Of a stretch of DNA of 64,000 nt, positions 30,102 to 40,123 are shown in pieces. A program made the translations under genes and the position numbers. The number at the start of each line of letters is the position of its first letter. Within the stretch, counting starts at the first letter, position 1. The notes beneath the pieces were generated by a model. That model searched no databases and had not been told where the DNA came from. It worked only from the letters and a program-made list of their open reading frames with translations. The stretch is from Candidatus Poribacteria bacterium (GTDB lineage: Bacteria > Poribacteria > WGA-4E > WGA-3G), in assembly GCA_964291315.2 (NCBI GenBank), contig OZ219753.1, positions 1,568,001-1,632,000 of the forward strand, read 5' to 3'.

Positions 30102-31151
30102 CTACGAAACAGAAACAGGATCGCCTTCAGAGCGCAACCCCGCCTCATAAACCTTCATGACTTCTAGGGCAAACTCGAGCGATCCCTGCTCTGCCGGTTT
30201 GCCTTCTAATATACAGTCACAAAAATACCGCATCTCTTGATAGAATCCTTGTATAAAAAGTCCCTTATTCTCAAGTGTTCCGAGGCTGTTTTGGGGTTCC
30301 CAGACGATTGCCCCACTATTAAAACCTTGTGGCACATAACTCGTACTGTTCCTATAATTGAAGGGCATGCCGCGCTGGAGTGAGACGTGTGTACTGTTCC
30401 GAATTTCGGCGTGACATCCATCCCCAAAGAATTGATAGAGTTCCGAGGGTTGCCCGTGCCTCGCGCCGTCAGCAAGATGGAAGTTTCCGAGTGCACCGCT
30501 TTCATATTCTAATATACACGCCCCGCCACCGCGCTGGCTCCTGTGAAGGGTGACAGTCGCAACTTTCCCGCCGACAGCGACAAACAGTGATATAGGATGA
30601 CATCCATTTTGGAGCCAGTTTGTATGCTCTTTTTCACGCAGCACACGTTTCCCGTCGCTCGGAATTGTCATCGGATAGACTCCTAGAAGGCTTCTTAAGG
30701 GCCCATATTCATCCGTTGCGAAGATTTCGATAATCTTTTGCGTAGCTGGCATAAACACCTTTTTGAATCCGACGACAACAACGCGGTCCTTTCGGTGAGC
30801 AATCATTTCGGAAACTTCGTCGGCAAACATGCCGGGCGGTTTTTCTAACCAGACGTGGGCACCTGCGTCTAGGGCTTTGCATGTCAATTCAGGGTGAAGA
30901 CGCGGCGGTACACAGAGAAAAATGGCATCCAATGTTTCATGCTCAAACATCGATTCCATGTTTGAATAAAAAGCATCGACCCCATACTGCTTAGCGGTAG
31001 CATGCGCCCGATCCGTATTAAGATCGCACAGTGCTTTCAGCCGGACCGGAAGAAACGTCATTGTCGGTAGTACATTCCGATAACCGTGGGAACCCACGCC
31101 AACGACTGCAACATCCAATCGCTTTTCAAATTCTCTCTGATAATTCATCAC
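30102..31151 (-). CDS. Gfo/Idh/MocA oxidoreductase
   Basis: VVGVGSHG and HVWLEKP. Confidence 0.85.
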   Translation of the reverse strand: MMNYQREFEKRLDVAVVGVGSHGYRNVLPTMTFLPVRLKALCDLNTDRAHATAKQYGVDAFYSNMESMFEHETLDAIFLCVPPRLHPELTCKALDAGAHVWLEKPPGMFADEVSEMIAHRKDRVVVVGFKKVFMPATQKIIEIFATDEYGPLRSLLGVYPMTIPSDGKRVLREKEHTNWLQNGCHPISLFVAVGGKVATVTLHRSQRGGGACILEYESGALGNFHLADGARHGQPSELYQFFGDGCHAEIRNSTHVSLQRGMPFNYRNSTSYVPQGFNSGAIVWEPQNSLGTLENKGLFIQGFYQEMRYFCDCILEGKPAEQGSLEFALEVMKVYEAGLRSEGDPVSVS

Positions 31152-32632
31152 TACTCCGATGAAAGCAGGTTCTCAAGATAGGCATCTAGGTCTCTTTTCA
31201 TCTTCTGCAATTCGCCTTGGTCAATGTACATCATGTGTCCGGCATGGTAGTAAGCCGTTGAAATGTTGTTCTGCAAGGATCTGTCGAGTCCAAGGTGGGT
31301 GAACGTATATTCTGATGCCAAAAACGGCGTTGCAAGATCGTAATAGCCGTTTGCAACAAAGACCTTTAGGGCAGGATTGGTGGTCATCGCCTTCCGAAGC
31401 GTATCTGCCACGTTAACATATGTGTTCTGATGGTCGCTGTAATCCCAGGGATGCACGCGCCTGCTCAGGATTTCGTACGGAAGGTCAGACGCGAATGCCA
31501 GCTCATCCCGGACGTAGGCGTTGAGCATTGCAGTATAAGCACCTTGGACGACAGCAGAGCTCGGATCGTACTCATAGGTCTCGCCTGCTGAATCCCGGTC
31601 GATGCCTTTGTAGCGGCTATCGAACCGTCCAACCGTGCGCCCTTCGTCCCGGAGGAGCTCCTTGCAAAAACGCCCGATATTGATGCGTAAGTCTGTTCGT
31701 TCGATGTATTCTGAGGCAAGTCCGGTATATTGGGCGAGTTTTTGGATAATATTTGCACGTCGATCAGGCGGTAGGTCGCTCCCTTGCATCAGAGCAGTCG
31801 TATAATCCCCCATAGCGAATTGGCGGACTTCATCCATGAATGCCTCAAATTGACCGTTTCTGTCCAATTTATCGTGATAGAATGCCGTCGCTGCGTATGT
31901 AGGCAGGTAGAGGATATAGGGCAGATCGTTCCCAGGCGCAAAACGGATCGTCTGAAAATTCAGCACCACTGACACAAGGATAATACCGTTGAGATAGGCA
32001 CCGTGCTGTTCCTGCAGATAGCCGGAGAGCCCGCTGGCGCGCGTCGTTCCATAACTTTCACCAATCAGTAACTTAGGCGAACCCCACCGTTTATAACGTC
32101 CGAGATAAAGAAGGATAAAATCGCCTACGGACTCTATATCCTTCTTGAACCCATGGAACTGCTTCGCCTCCTCCCCAGGGACGGCTCTACTGAAACCGGT
32201 ACTCACAGGATCAATGAAAACCAGATCCGTTTTGTCTAAGATAGAGCATTCGTTATCCTTGAGTTCGTACGGCGGATGCGGCAATTCACCCTCTTTGTCC
32301 GGTTTAACACACCGCGGTCCCAATAGACCTAAGTGCAACCACACCGAGGAAGAGCCAGGCCCTCCATTAAACGAAAAGGTTATCGGACGTTTGCATATAT
32401 CGTCAACATCATCACGGGTATAGGCAATAAAAAACACGGACGCTTTCGCTTTTTCGCCTTCTTTATCGATCTCTTCCTTCAGCACGAGTGTCCCCGTTGT
32501 CGCCGTATAGCGTATTTCTTCACCGTTGATTGTGACGCTGTGGTGTGTAACCGAAAGGTTATCTTCAGGTGTAGATAGACCTTTCTCTTCAGTCGAGTCT
32601 TCTTTAGATGCCTGCTTTCCTTTTTCGCTCAT
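31151..32632 (-). CDS. Peptidase S10 serine carboxypeptidase
   Basis: [31 protein letters not shown] and GHMMY. Confidence 0.93.
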   Translation of the reverse strand: MSEKGKQASKEDSTEEKGLSTPEDNLSVTHHSVTINGEEIRYTATTGTLVLKEEIDKEGEKAKASVFFIAYTRDDVDDICKRPITFSFNGGPGSSSVWLHLGLLGPRCVKPDKEGELPHPPYELKDNECSILDKTDLVFIDPVSTGFSRAVPGEEAKQFHGFKKDIESVGDFILLYLGRYKRWGSPKLLIGESYGTTRASGLSGYLQEQHGAYLNGIILVSVVLNFQTIRFAPGNDLPYILYLPTYAATAFYHDKLDRNGQFEAFMDEVRQFAMGDYTTALMQGSDLPPDRRANIIQKLAQYTGLASEYIERTDLRINIGRFCKELLRDEGRTVGRFDSRYKGIDRDSAGETYEYDPSSAVVQGAYTAMLNAYVRDELAFASDLPYEILSRRVHPWDYSDHQNTYVNVADTLRKAMTTNPALKVFVANGYYDLATPFLASEYTFTHLGLDRSLQNNISTAYYHAGHMMYIDQGELQKMKRDLDAYLENLLSSE

Positions 32633-32971
32633 GTGCAGATTCCTCCATGTTTTTTATGCCAATGACCTAAACAGATTGCTTTGCAAACGTATTATAGCAT
32701 ATTTTTCAGAAATAGGTATGACAAAAATCACAGGAGATATTTGCGTATGCTGCTTCTGGTACCTTTAACGTCCTCTTGTAGGATCGAGTGACCACTGCTC
32801 AAGACGTTTGCTGAAAATCCTGATTCTGACAACACAGGGTGTCAAAAAACAGCGTCATCCGTGTAATTTACTATTCAGACTTCACTTTCACAAATATTCA
32901 CGCGTCCTATCAATATAAAGAATTTGACATAATTCCAAAATATGCTAAACTCTACACAAAGGAGAAACACG

Positions 32972-34027
32972 ATGAAGAAACCGATTCGCTTAGGTTTGGT
33001 TGGTTGTGGCGGGATCGTCCAAAAGACGCATGCTTGCGCCTACCACGCACTCACAGATACCGTTGAAGTAACCGCCCTTGCAGATGTTGTCCCGGGAAAC
33101 CTCCAAAAGACCGCGGAGTTGTTCGGTGTGCCCACAGAAAACCGTTATCTCGATTACCGGGAGATGCTAGAACATGCCGCTATTGATGTCGTGATCATTG
33201 CCACACCGCACGCATTTCATGCTGCACAAGCTATTGAGTGCGCCAATGCAGGCGTGGCAGTTATTTCTGAAAAACCGATGGCAACCACTCTCGAAGAAGC
33301 AGACGATATTCTGGCAGCCGTGGAGCACAACGGGGTGCCTTACACGGTCATACATAACTATCTCTTCACCGCAGGTATGACGGCAGCGATGGCAGAACTT
33401 GACGCGCTCGGCGAATCCCATTTTGGTAGAAGCGTCGGAATGGGATTGAAACCAACAGATTTTTCAGCGAATCACCCGACCTCCGCGTTTGCATGGCGCG
33501 CCAGCAAGTCAAAAGGCGGGGGATGTGTCAGTGATACTAGCTATCACGAAATCTATGCCGTTTGCGCTTTGATGCAATCGCCCGTCCGATACGTTGAGGC
33601 ACGCGTCCAAACACTCCGCTTCAATATTGATGTGGATGATATCGCTATGTTGCTCTGTGAACATGAAAATGGAGGTATCACGACTATATCAGGTGCATGG
33701 TGTGTACCTGCCACAGATTTCGGATGGTGTGAGATGCACGCTGAAAACGGATCCCTACGAGTCCGACACCGTGTTAATGTAGAGGACGCGCTTCACCGTT
33801 TTACGAGAGTAGACGGATGGAGGCAGTTAGAACTCTCTGAATTTAAGGAAACCGCACATCAAGACGCAAGCGGGCACATCCGCTATTTTACAGACACATT
33901 CAATGCACTTGCGACTGGTACGCCGCTCCCAGTAGATCCAAACAAGGCGTATCACAACCTCGCCATTATCCAAGCTGCGCGTAAAGCGACGACAGAACGC
34001 CGCGCAATCGAGATTGTATCGTCGTGA
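32972..34027 (+). CDS. Gfo/Idh/MocA oxidoreductase
   Basis: GLVGCGGI, IATPH..H and SEKPM; ATG at 32972 behind AAGGAG. Confidence 0.88.
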   Translation: MKKPIRLGLVGCGGIVQKTHACAYHALTDTVEVTALADVVPGNLQKTAELFGVPTENRYLDYREMLEHAAIDVVIIATPHAFHAAQAIECANAGVAVISEKPMATTLEEADDILAAVEHNGVPYTVIHNYLFTAGMTAAMAELDALGESHFGRSVGMGLKPTDFSANHPTSAFAWRASKSKGGGCVSDTSYHEIYAVCALMQSPVRYVEARVQTLRFNIDVDDIAMLLCEHENGGITTISGAWCVPATDFGWCEMHAENGSLRVRHRVNVEDALHRFTRVDGWRQLELSEFKETAHQDASGHIRYFTDTFNALATGTPLPVDPNKAYHNLAIIQAARKATTERRAIEIVSS

Positions 34028-34053
34028 AAACATATGTCTGGAAAGGAACTGAT

Positions 34054-34491
34054 ATGAGAAAGGAACTGCTATTTCATATTTTAATCGTTTTGATGTTGAT
34101 GTCGATATTGGGTTCCAATTTTGCTTTGCAGGCTACTGCCCAACAGAACGCGACGTTCGTTGACGCAAAGACTGCCGCTGAGTACGATGCTGAGGATGAT
34201 GTTAACACAGCTGTATGGATCGCCGCCGGTGGCGTTTTGGGAGTGATCGGTGCTCTTCCGCTGGGTGCTGCTGCGATCGGAGGCGCGTATGTCTACCAAC
34301 CTGTACCACGCGTCGAGAGGCTTCTCGGTAAGTCTGCGGAATATGTCACTGTTTACACAGAAGCATATAAAACCAAGTCGCGCAACTTGCGGTTGGTTGC
34401 CGCTGTAAAAGGATCGCTCGGTGGATCGGCTGTGTTTTGCCTGTTAGGCATGGTTAAGATAAAGCCGTGGGCGGATTTTGTTTTCTGGTAG
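34054..34491 (+). CDS. Hypothetical membrane protein
   Basis: Signal-like N-terminus and two hydrophobic segments; ATG at 34054 behind AAGGAA. Confidence 0.55.
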   Translation: MRKELLFHILIVLMLMSILGSNFALQATAQQNATFVDAKTAAEYDAEDDVNTAVWIAAGGVLGVIGALPLGAAAIGGAYVYQPVPRVERLLGKSAEYVTVYTEAYKTKSRNLRLVAAVKGSLGGSAVFCLLGMVKIKPWADFVFW

Positions 34492-34539
34492 ATGTTGGCA
34501 GTTAGCAATCGGCAGCCGACGTTTGACTGCTGGCTTCTG

Positions 34540-35490
34540 TTAGAGGATCGTTAATTCATCTTCCGCGCCGCTTTCTTCGAGAACCGTTACGAGTTCGGCA
34601 GCGACCCCGCCAAATGCTTCTGATTGCGGTGACTCTGGATTTCCTGCGACGATCGGAACGCCGATATCTCCGGCAGTACAAACTTCGGCGTCAAGTGGAA
34701 TCTGCCCTAAGAATGCTGTCCCAAATCGTTCGCTTGTGTTTTTCCCACCATCTGCACTAAAGATCTCGGTTTTTTCGTGGCAGTGTGGGCAGAGAAAGTA
34801 GCTCATGTTTTCTATAATTCCCAGAATCGGCACGCTGAGACGTTCAAACATAGCAACTCCTCGCCGGACGTCCGCAAGTGCCACGTCTTGAGGGGTTGTA
34901 ACGATAACTGCCCCGGTCAATGGAATTGCTTGTGTTAATGTGAGTGCGACGTCGCCTGTTCCGGGCGGGAGGTCAATAATTAGATAATCTAGTTCGCCCC
35001 ATGCCACGTCGCTCAGGAATTGGCGGATCGCACTGTGTAGCATCGGCCCCCGCCAAATCATCGCTTGTTCTTCCGGGACCATAAACCCGATCGACATCAA
35101 TTTAATATTGTGCCGAACCAGCGGAATCAGTTTTCGCTCCGGGCTGGTTCGCGGGCGTTCCTGAATGCCCATCATCGTCGGAATACTTGGACCGTAAGCA
35201 TCTGCATCCATTAAGCCGACTGCGGCACCACCGTTTGCAAGCGAAATTGCTAGATTCGTGGCGACAGTCGATTTTCCGACCCCGCCCTTTCCGCTTGCAA
35301 TTGCAATCTTATGTTTTATATTCGGTAATGTAATATTCTGTTGTTGTGTCTGCTGTTGCGGACTCGGTTTTTGTTTTTGCTGTCCAGAAATTTCTGAACC
35401 ACTGATTACCTTTAAGTCTGGATGCTGCTTTGCTGTTGGGGCTGATGGCGGTTTCGGTTTCTTCGTATCCCCTTTTTTTAAAAATCTCAT
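34540..35490 (-). CDS. mrp: Mrp/NBP35 (ApbC) Fe-S carrier ATPase
   Basis: SGKGGVGKST, DADAYGPS, WRGPM, DLPPGTGD and ENMSYFLCPHC; P/Q-rich N-terminus. Confidence 0.92.
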   Translation of the reverse strand: MRFLKKGDTKKPKPPSAPTAKQHPDLKVISGSEISGQQKQKPSPQQQTQQQNITLPNIKHKIAIASGKGGVGKSTVATNLAISLANGGAAVGLMDADAYGPSIPTMMGIQERPRTSPERKLIPLVRHNIKLMSIGFMVPEEQAMIWRGPMLHSAIRQFLSDVAWGELDYLIIDLPPGTGDVALTLTQAIPLTGAVIVTTPQDVALADVRRGVAMFERLSVPILGIIENMSYFLCPHCHEKTEIFSADGGKNTSERFGTAFLGQIPLDAEVCTAGDIGVPIVAGNPESPQSEAFGGVAAELVTVLEESGAEDELTIL

Positions 35491-35614
35491 GTTCGGTCTC
35501 CTGACTGATGGAATTTTATTGTTAACGTATTAGATGTTGCCGGCGCGATTAGCGCGGGCGTGTCGCATGTGTAATATTTCCGGTATACCGCAAAATAGTT
35601 TAACATTTTTTCTT

Positions 35615-35966
35615 TTCACATACCCTCCAGCTAAATCGAGGGGATCCCGTTGCCAAGTGAATCCCATGCTTCTTAGTGCGGATCACGGCGTTCCGACATC
35701 GGCAACCGAAGTCTACAAGGGTTGATCGCCGCTAGTCCGACGTCCTCTAAGCCAAAGGTTGCGGTTTCCGCAATCTTATTCCATTCATAGAATTCGGGGG
35801 ACTCATGTAGTGTTCCTTCCGAACAAGTGAACATCGTTCGGATACCGAAGTCAAAACGGAACAGAACAGACGGGAAGCAGCTTGACCCGTCTTACGGCAG
35901 CCCTTCAGAAACGGTATGGTCTGTCACAATGGAGATATAAAAATCGCCGAGGTTTTCTTACTTCAG
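35615..35966 (-). ncRNA. Putative structured RNA of about 350 nt with an IS200/IS605 reRNA-like 3' part
   Basis: Follows a near-consensus promoter, has no credible ORF, has multiple hairpins and ends ggatcccctcgatttagctggagggtatgtgaa. Confidence 0.5.
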
Positions 35967-35972
35967 ATATTT

Positions 35973-36000
35973 ATTATACCACATTTCCCGCAATTGTCAA
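35973..36000 (-). promoter_or_regulatory. Consensus sigma70 promoter with extended -10
   Basis: Minus strand reads TTGACA-16 bp-TATAAT, with TGnTATAAT. Confidence 0.75.
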
Positions 36001-36192
36001 ATATATTTTGACACGACTCATTAACCGCTACGACATCCCCAGCACAGAGAAACACAGTTTTGTAGCAGAATTTTTGATAATTTTGTATAATAACAGGAAT
36101 AGATAACTAAAGGTTAGCAGTCAGTCACTGACGGTTACGGGTAACCGGCCCCGAGTATCCTAATTGCTGACAGTCATTAAAAGGAGCTTTTT

Positions 36193-36858
36193 ATGAACAT
36201 TCTCATGTTGCGCCATTCCGCTGGTTTTGAACACACTTATCTACCCAATGCGGAAGTAGCACTGAAGCAGATTGGCGCAGAAAACGGTTGGAACGTTGTT
36301 ACAACGCACCGGTGTGAGCTGATTAATGCTGAAAATCTCGAAAAACAGGACCTCGTCGCGTTCGCAACCACGGGCAACTTGCCGTTTGATGATATGCAAA
36401 AAGAGGCACTTCTAAGTTTTGTACGCAACGGAAAAGGATTTTTGGGCATCCATAACGCTACAGATACCTGCTACGATTGGCCCGAATACGGCGAGATGCT
36501 AGGCGGCTATTTTGCTGGACACCCCTGGCACCAAGAAGTAAACGTTATCGTTGAGGATGCTGACCACCCTGCAACCCGTATGCTCGGCGGCAGTTTCAAA
36601 GTGGTTGACGAAATTTATACCTTCAAAAACTGGGACCGTAACAAAACCCGGGTCTTAATGCGCCTAGACAATGATTCTATTGACATCTCGCGTGGAAACC
36701 GTGAAGACCACGATTATGCCCTCGGATGGTGTCATACTTACGGGGAGGGGCGCGTGATGTATACGGCGCTCGGACACCCCGATCCACTCTGGGACGAGAA
36801 ATGGTTTCATGAGCACATCATGGGATGTATCAAATGGACTGCCGGACTTGAGGACTAG
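36193..36858 (+). CDS. ThuA-like domain protein
   Basis: GFEH, GKGFLGIH.ATD, GGYFAGHP, DEIY and GRVMYTALGH. Confidence 0.85.
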   Translation: MNILMLRHSAGFEHTYLPNAEVALKQIGAENGWNVVTTHRCELINAENLEKQDLVAFATTGNLPFDDMQKEALLSFVRNGKGFLGIHNATDTCYDWPEYGEMLGGYFAGHPWHQEVNVIVEDADHPATRMLGGSFKVVDEIYTFKNWDRNKTRVLMRLDNDSIDISRGNREDHDYALGWCHTYGEGRVMYTALGHPDPLWDEKWFHEHIMGCIKWTAGLED

Positions 36859-36969
36859 CACTTGCCTACAGTTTCATCTAAAAAACGCGATCTTGATAAT
36901 TATTGCGTTCAGCTTTGGATAAAGAGAGCACTTGCACAGGAAACCAACAGCCTATGCTACAGGAACGGG

Positions 36970-37002
36970 AGAGGCACAGACTGACAGTCTATGCTACAAG
37001 TC
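36970..37002. repeat. REP-like palindrome, copy 1 (33 bp identical to 38407-38439)
   Basis: agaggcacagactgacagtctatgctacaagtc; the reverse strand reads GTAG followed by the hairpin catagactg-t-cagtctgtg. Confidence 0.8.
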
Positions 37003-37076
37003 TCTTGCATTCGTCTAAATTCCTAGGTGCGCTCTATTCGCGCGCCGTTCCGCATTCACTCCCGATGCAGCTCAAC

Positions 37077-38078
37077 TTAATCAGCGATAACCCGTGTTGC
37101 CCGCAGAAGTGTCTCCTGTACCAGCAATTCATGCGATACCGGACGATCCGGTGCTTGTGTTCCTGCGATGGTTGCCAAAAAAGCGTCCAGCTCCAACTCA
37201 TAAAGCCGTTGGCGACTTTCCCCAGCTATGTTCACAATCTGTTCCCCCTGTGTGTAACCATCTTTCGCTTCTTCCAGACAGAGGCGAATCTTTAACCCCG
37301 GTTCAAACGGTTCAAGAATTATGGCACTTCCCGCACTACCGTAAACCTCAAATCGGCGTGCAACGGGGCGTGGTTCCAAAGCTGATATAGTTATAAACGC
37401 CATCGCTTTTTCGAATTCGTATACTGTCAATGTATTATCTTTGAAGGGTTCCACCGAGTCGCCATCGTTTCGGAGGAAAGAGGTCACCTTTTCCGGGCGT
37501 CCGAGAATCCATAGCACCTGGTCGAGTACGTGTCCGCCTAAGTCGAAGAAGATGCCTCCGATGTGTTGGCTAATACGTTTCCGTGATTCGTGCGGAATGT
37601 TGGTTGACATGTGGGCGCGAACAGAAAAAATGTCGCCTAAAAAACCTGATTTTGCCCATTCTGCAACCTGTTTAAAGGCAGAGTGATACCGCAACATATA
37701 GCCCATCTGCACAAGCAGGGCATGTTCCTGTGCGGTATTAATGACCCGCTGCCACTGTGCCCAGTTTTCACCCGCTGGTTTGTCGTACCAGACGTGTTTG
37801 CCAGCCCTCACAATCTCCTCGGTCTGATCTAGGCTCTCTGCGTTGTTCCCTTCCGAAGCAATCGCGACGATGCTTTTATCGTTCAGCATTTCTGCTGCGT
37901 CCATATACCAATGAACCTCAGCAAATTGTCCGCCGTTATTTTGCAGTTTTGCGCGCTGCACTGCATCAGGTTCAAACACTCCTGCGACTTCAACGCCCGG
38001 GTTCACAAGCATCGCCTGCAGCTTCCCACGGGCATGCCCATGCTTAGTTCCATATTGCGCCATCCGTATTTTTGCCAT
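37077..38078 (-). CDS. Gfo/Idh/MocA oxidoreductase
   Basis: HVWYDKP, MGYMLRY and GGIFFDLGGH. Confidence 0.85.
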   Translation of the reverse strand: MAKIRMAQYGTKHGHARGKLQAMLVNPGVEVAGVFEPDAVQRAKLQNNGGQFAEVHWYMDAAEMLNDKSIVAIASEGNNAESLDQTEEIVRAGKHVWYDKPAGENWAQWQRVINTAQEHALLVQMGYMLRYHSAFKQVAEWAKSGFLGDIFSVRAHMSTNIPHESRKRISQHIGGIFFDLGGHVLDQVLWILGRPEKVTSFLRNDGDSVEPFKDNTLTVYEFEKAMAFITISALEPRPVARRFEVYGSAGSAIILEPFEPGLKIRLCLEEAKDGYTQGEQIVNIAGESRQRLYELELDAFLATIAGTQAPDRPVSHELLVQETLLRATRVIAD

Positions 38079-38406
38079 AGTTTACCTGTTCCTTCAAAAC
38101 TTGATATGTCTGCGCAAAGGCGGACATATCTGGTGTTGGTGTTTCTGCTTCGAGGTCCACTGCATTTCTAGTACCTATAGATAGGTGCACGTTTCACTTC
38201 TGAAAATCTTATAGATCATATCCTATTTTCTTGATTCTGTCAAATTTTTGTCTTTTATTCGCCGGGTTTCTATCCATAAACGTTGATGAAAATCCTTGAA
38301 ATTTTCTTAGCGTTATGCTAATATGATGCGAACTTGATGATTATTGAGTTCATCTTTGGATAAAGAGAGTCTTGAAAAACCGAACCGTTTTTGCTGCAAG
38401 CGTTGA

Positions 38407-38439
38407 AGAGGCACAGACTGACAGTCTATGCTACAAGTC
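38407..38439. repeat. REP-like palindrome, copy 2
   Basis: Identical to 36970-37002. Confidence 0.8.
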
Positions 38440-38598
38440 CCTCACAGAGGAACCGAATACGTTCTGCTACAAAAGAGCCTGATCACTCTTTTTTCGAACT
38501 CACGCTAATATACTTAATTGTTAAAACCTGTAGATTTTTGAGTCAACTGTAGGGAGAAAAGTAGGCGATCCGGTGACCTTCCAAAATTCAGAGCAATA

Positions 38599-39498
38599 AT
38601 GCTTACACCACAATTTCTGAGACAGCTTGATCCGTTCTACATCCACCCGAGGCGCTCGTTTCGAGGTAAGTTCAGGGGTGAACGCCGGAGTCTCAGGCGC
38701 GGCACCGGGATGGAGTTCGCAGACTACCGGAGCTATGAGCTCGGTGACGACCTGCGATACGTCGATTGGAATATCTATGCTCGTCTGGGCAAACTCTTTA
38801 TCAAACTCCACCATACCGATGCGGATTTGCCGCTCACTCTTCTCCTTGACAGTAGTCGATCCATGGAATTCGGTGCACCGACGAAGTTGGCATGCGCGAA
38901 ACAGGTAGCTGCTGCACTCGGCTACATGGCGCTAGCACACACTGACAGCGTGGCGGTTTACACCTGTGCAGAACGTCTGTCAGTAGCACTGCCGCCCACA
39001 TCGGGCAAGTCGCAATTCTCACGACTCACAAAAGCGATCACAGCTATTTCAATAGGTGGACAAACACGATTAACAGAATGCCTCAAGCGACTTTCGATGT
39101 ATCAGCAGCACCCAGGCGCGGTGATCATTCTTTCAGATTTTTTGGCCCCGGGCGGCTACGCAGCAGGTCTCAAATTCCTCAGAGGACACGGATTTTCTCT
39201 CACTGCAATTCAGATGATAACGCCCGAAGAAATAAATCCACAGGCAGACTTGGAAAACGCGGCTGCAGGAAACAATTGGCTGATAGAAGACGCAGAAACC
39301 GGTGAAACGAAAGCTATCACAATGAATGCCGAGATTCTAGCGCACTATCAAGCACAACAGCAAGTCTTTTGCGACAGTTTGCAACGTTTCTGTATTGATC
39401 ACGGTATCCTGTACGCTCAACTAGGAGTCAATACTCTGATAGAAGATTTTGTTTTACAAGATTTGTATAGGGCAGGTTTGATCCAGAGAAAGCGATGA
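38599..39498 (+). CDS. DUF58 family protein (vWA-related)
   Basis: GMEFADYRSY..GDDLRYVDWN, LDSSRSM and ILSDF. Confidence 0.9.
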   Translation: MLTPQFLRQLDPFYIHPRRSFRGKFRGERRSLRRGTGMEFADYRSYELGDDLRYVDWNIYARLGKLFIKLHHTDADLPLTLLLDSSRSMEFGAPTKLACAKQVAAALGYMALAHTDSVAVYTCAERLSVALPPTSGKSQFSRLTKAITAISIGGQTRLTECLKRLSMYQQHPGAVIILSDFLAPGGYAAGLKFLRGHGFSLTAIQMITPEEINPQADLENAAAGNNWLIEDAETGETKAITMNAEILAHYQAQQQVFCDSLQRFCIDHGILYAQLGVNTLIEDFVLQDLYRAGLIQRKR

Positions 39499-39529
39499 TC
39501 AACTTCAAAAAAAGGAATGAGGTGACGTA

Positions 39530-40093
39530 ATGGCAAGGCAAATACAAGGAATAGATGTACTCCTCACCCAAGGGGATATAACGCAAACACGGGTTGATGC
39601 GCTTGTGAACGCAGCGAACAGCAGGCTTATTGGTGGCGGTGGTGTGGACGATGCAATACGCAGAGCTGGCGGCGCTGAAGTCGTTCAAGCTTGTACAGAA
39701 ATCCGTAGACGTGCCGGCGGCTGTCCCACGGGTCAGGCAGTTATCACCCCCGCCGGTAACCTTCAAGCGAAATATGTCATCCATACAGTCGGCCCAGTCT
39801 GGAAAGGGGGCAATTCAGGTGAACCTGCACTGTTGGCGAGCTGTTATCAGGAGAGCCTCCGACTCGCTATAGAAAATGATATTCAGAGCATCGCTTTCCC
39901 CTCTATTAGCACTGGTATCTATGGATATCCGACCGATCGGGCAGCAAGCGTTGCTCTAACAGCGGTAAGAGATTTTGCACAAGCGCGGAACGGCGCACTA
40001 ACGGAAATTCAGTTTGTCTTGTTTGATGCAGCGACATACAAACATTATAAAGACGCTATGTCTACGATTTTTCCGAAATCGGAAACAGCTTAG
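39530..40093 (+). CDS. Macro domain protein (YmdB-like O-acetyl-ADP-ribose deacetylase)
   Basis: GDIT, VNAAN..L.GGGGVD, VIHTVGP and FPSISTGIYGYP. Confidence 0.92.
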   Translation: MARQIQGIDVLLTQGDITQTRVDALVNAANSRLIGGGGVDDAIRRAGGAEVVQACTEIRRRAGGCPTGQAVITPAGNLQAKYVIHTVGPVWKGGNSGEPALLASCYQESLRLAIENDIQSIAFPSISTGIYGYPTDRAASVALTAVRDFAQARNGALTEIQFVLFDAATYKHYKDAMSTIFPKSETA

Positions 40094-40123
40094 GAACCCG
40101 CCGCTGTTGAAAGTCCTCTAAAA

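Noticed and set aside
35615-35966. tmRNA, RNase P, SRP or 6S identity for the structured intergenic region
   Set aside because: No tRNA-like ends or tag ORF, no GAGGAAAGUCC, no SRP helix-8 loop (the ggaagcagc match lacks its context), and it is not a single long rod.
36936-38475. CRISPR array
   Set aside because: Only two exact copies about 1.4 kb apart with a gene between them; no regular spacers or cas genes.
39530-40093. Functional link between the macro domain gene and the NADAR-containing giant protein
   Set aside because: They are about 10 kb apart, the macro protein is an ordinary YmdB-like enzyme in an unrelated gene run, and no ADP-ribosyltransferase is present.
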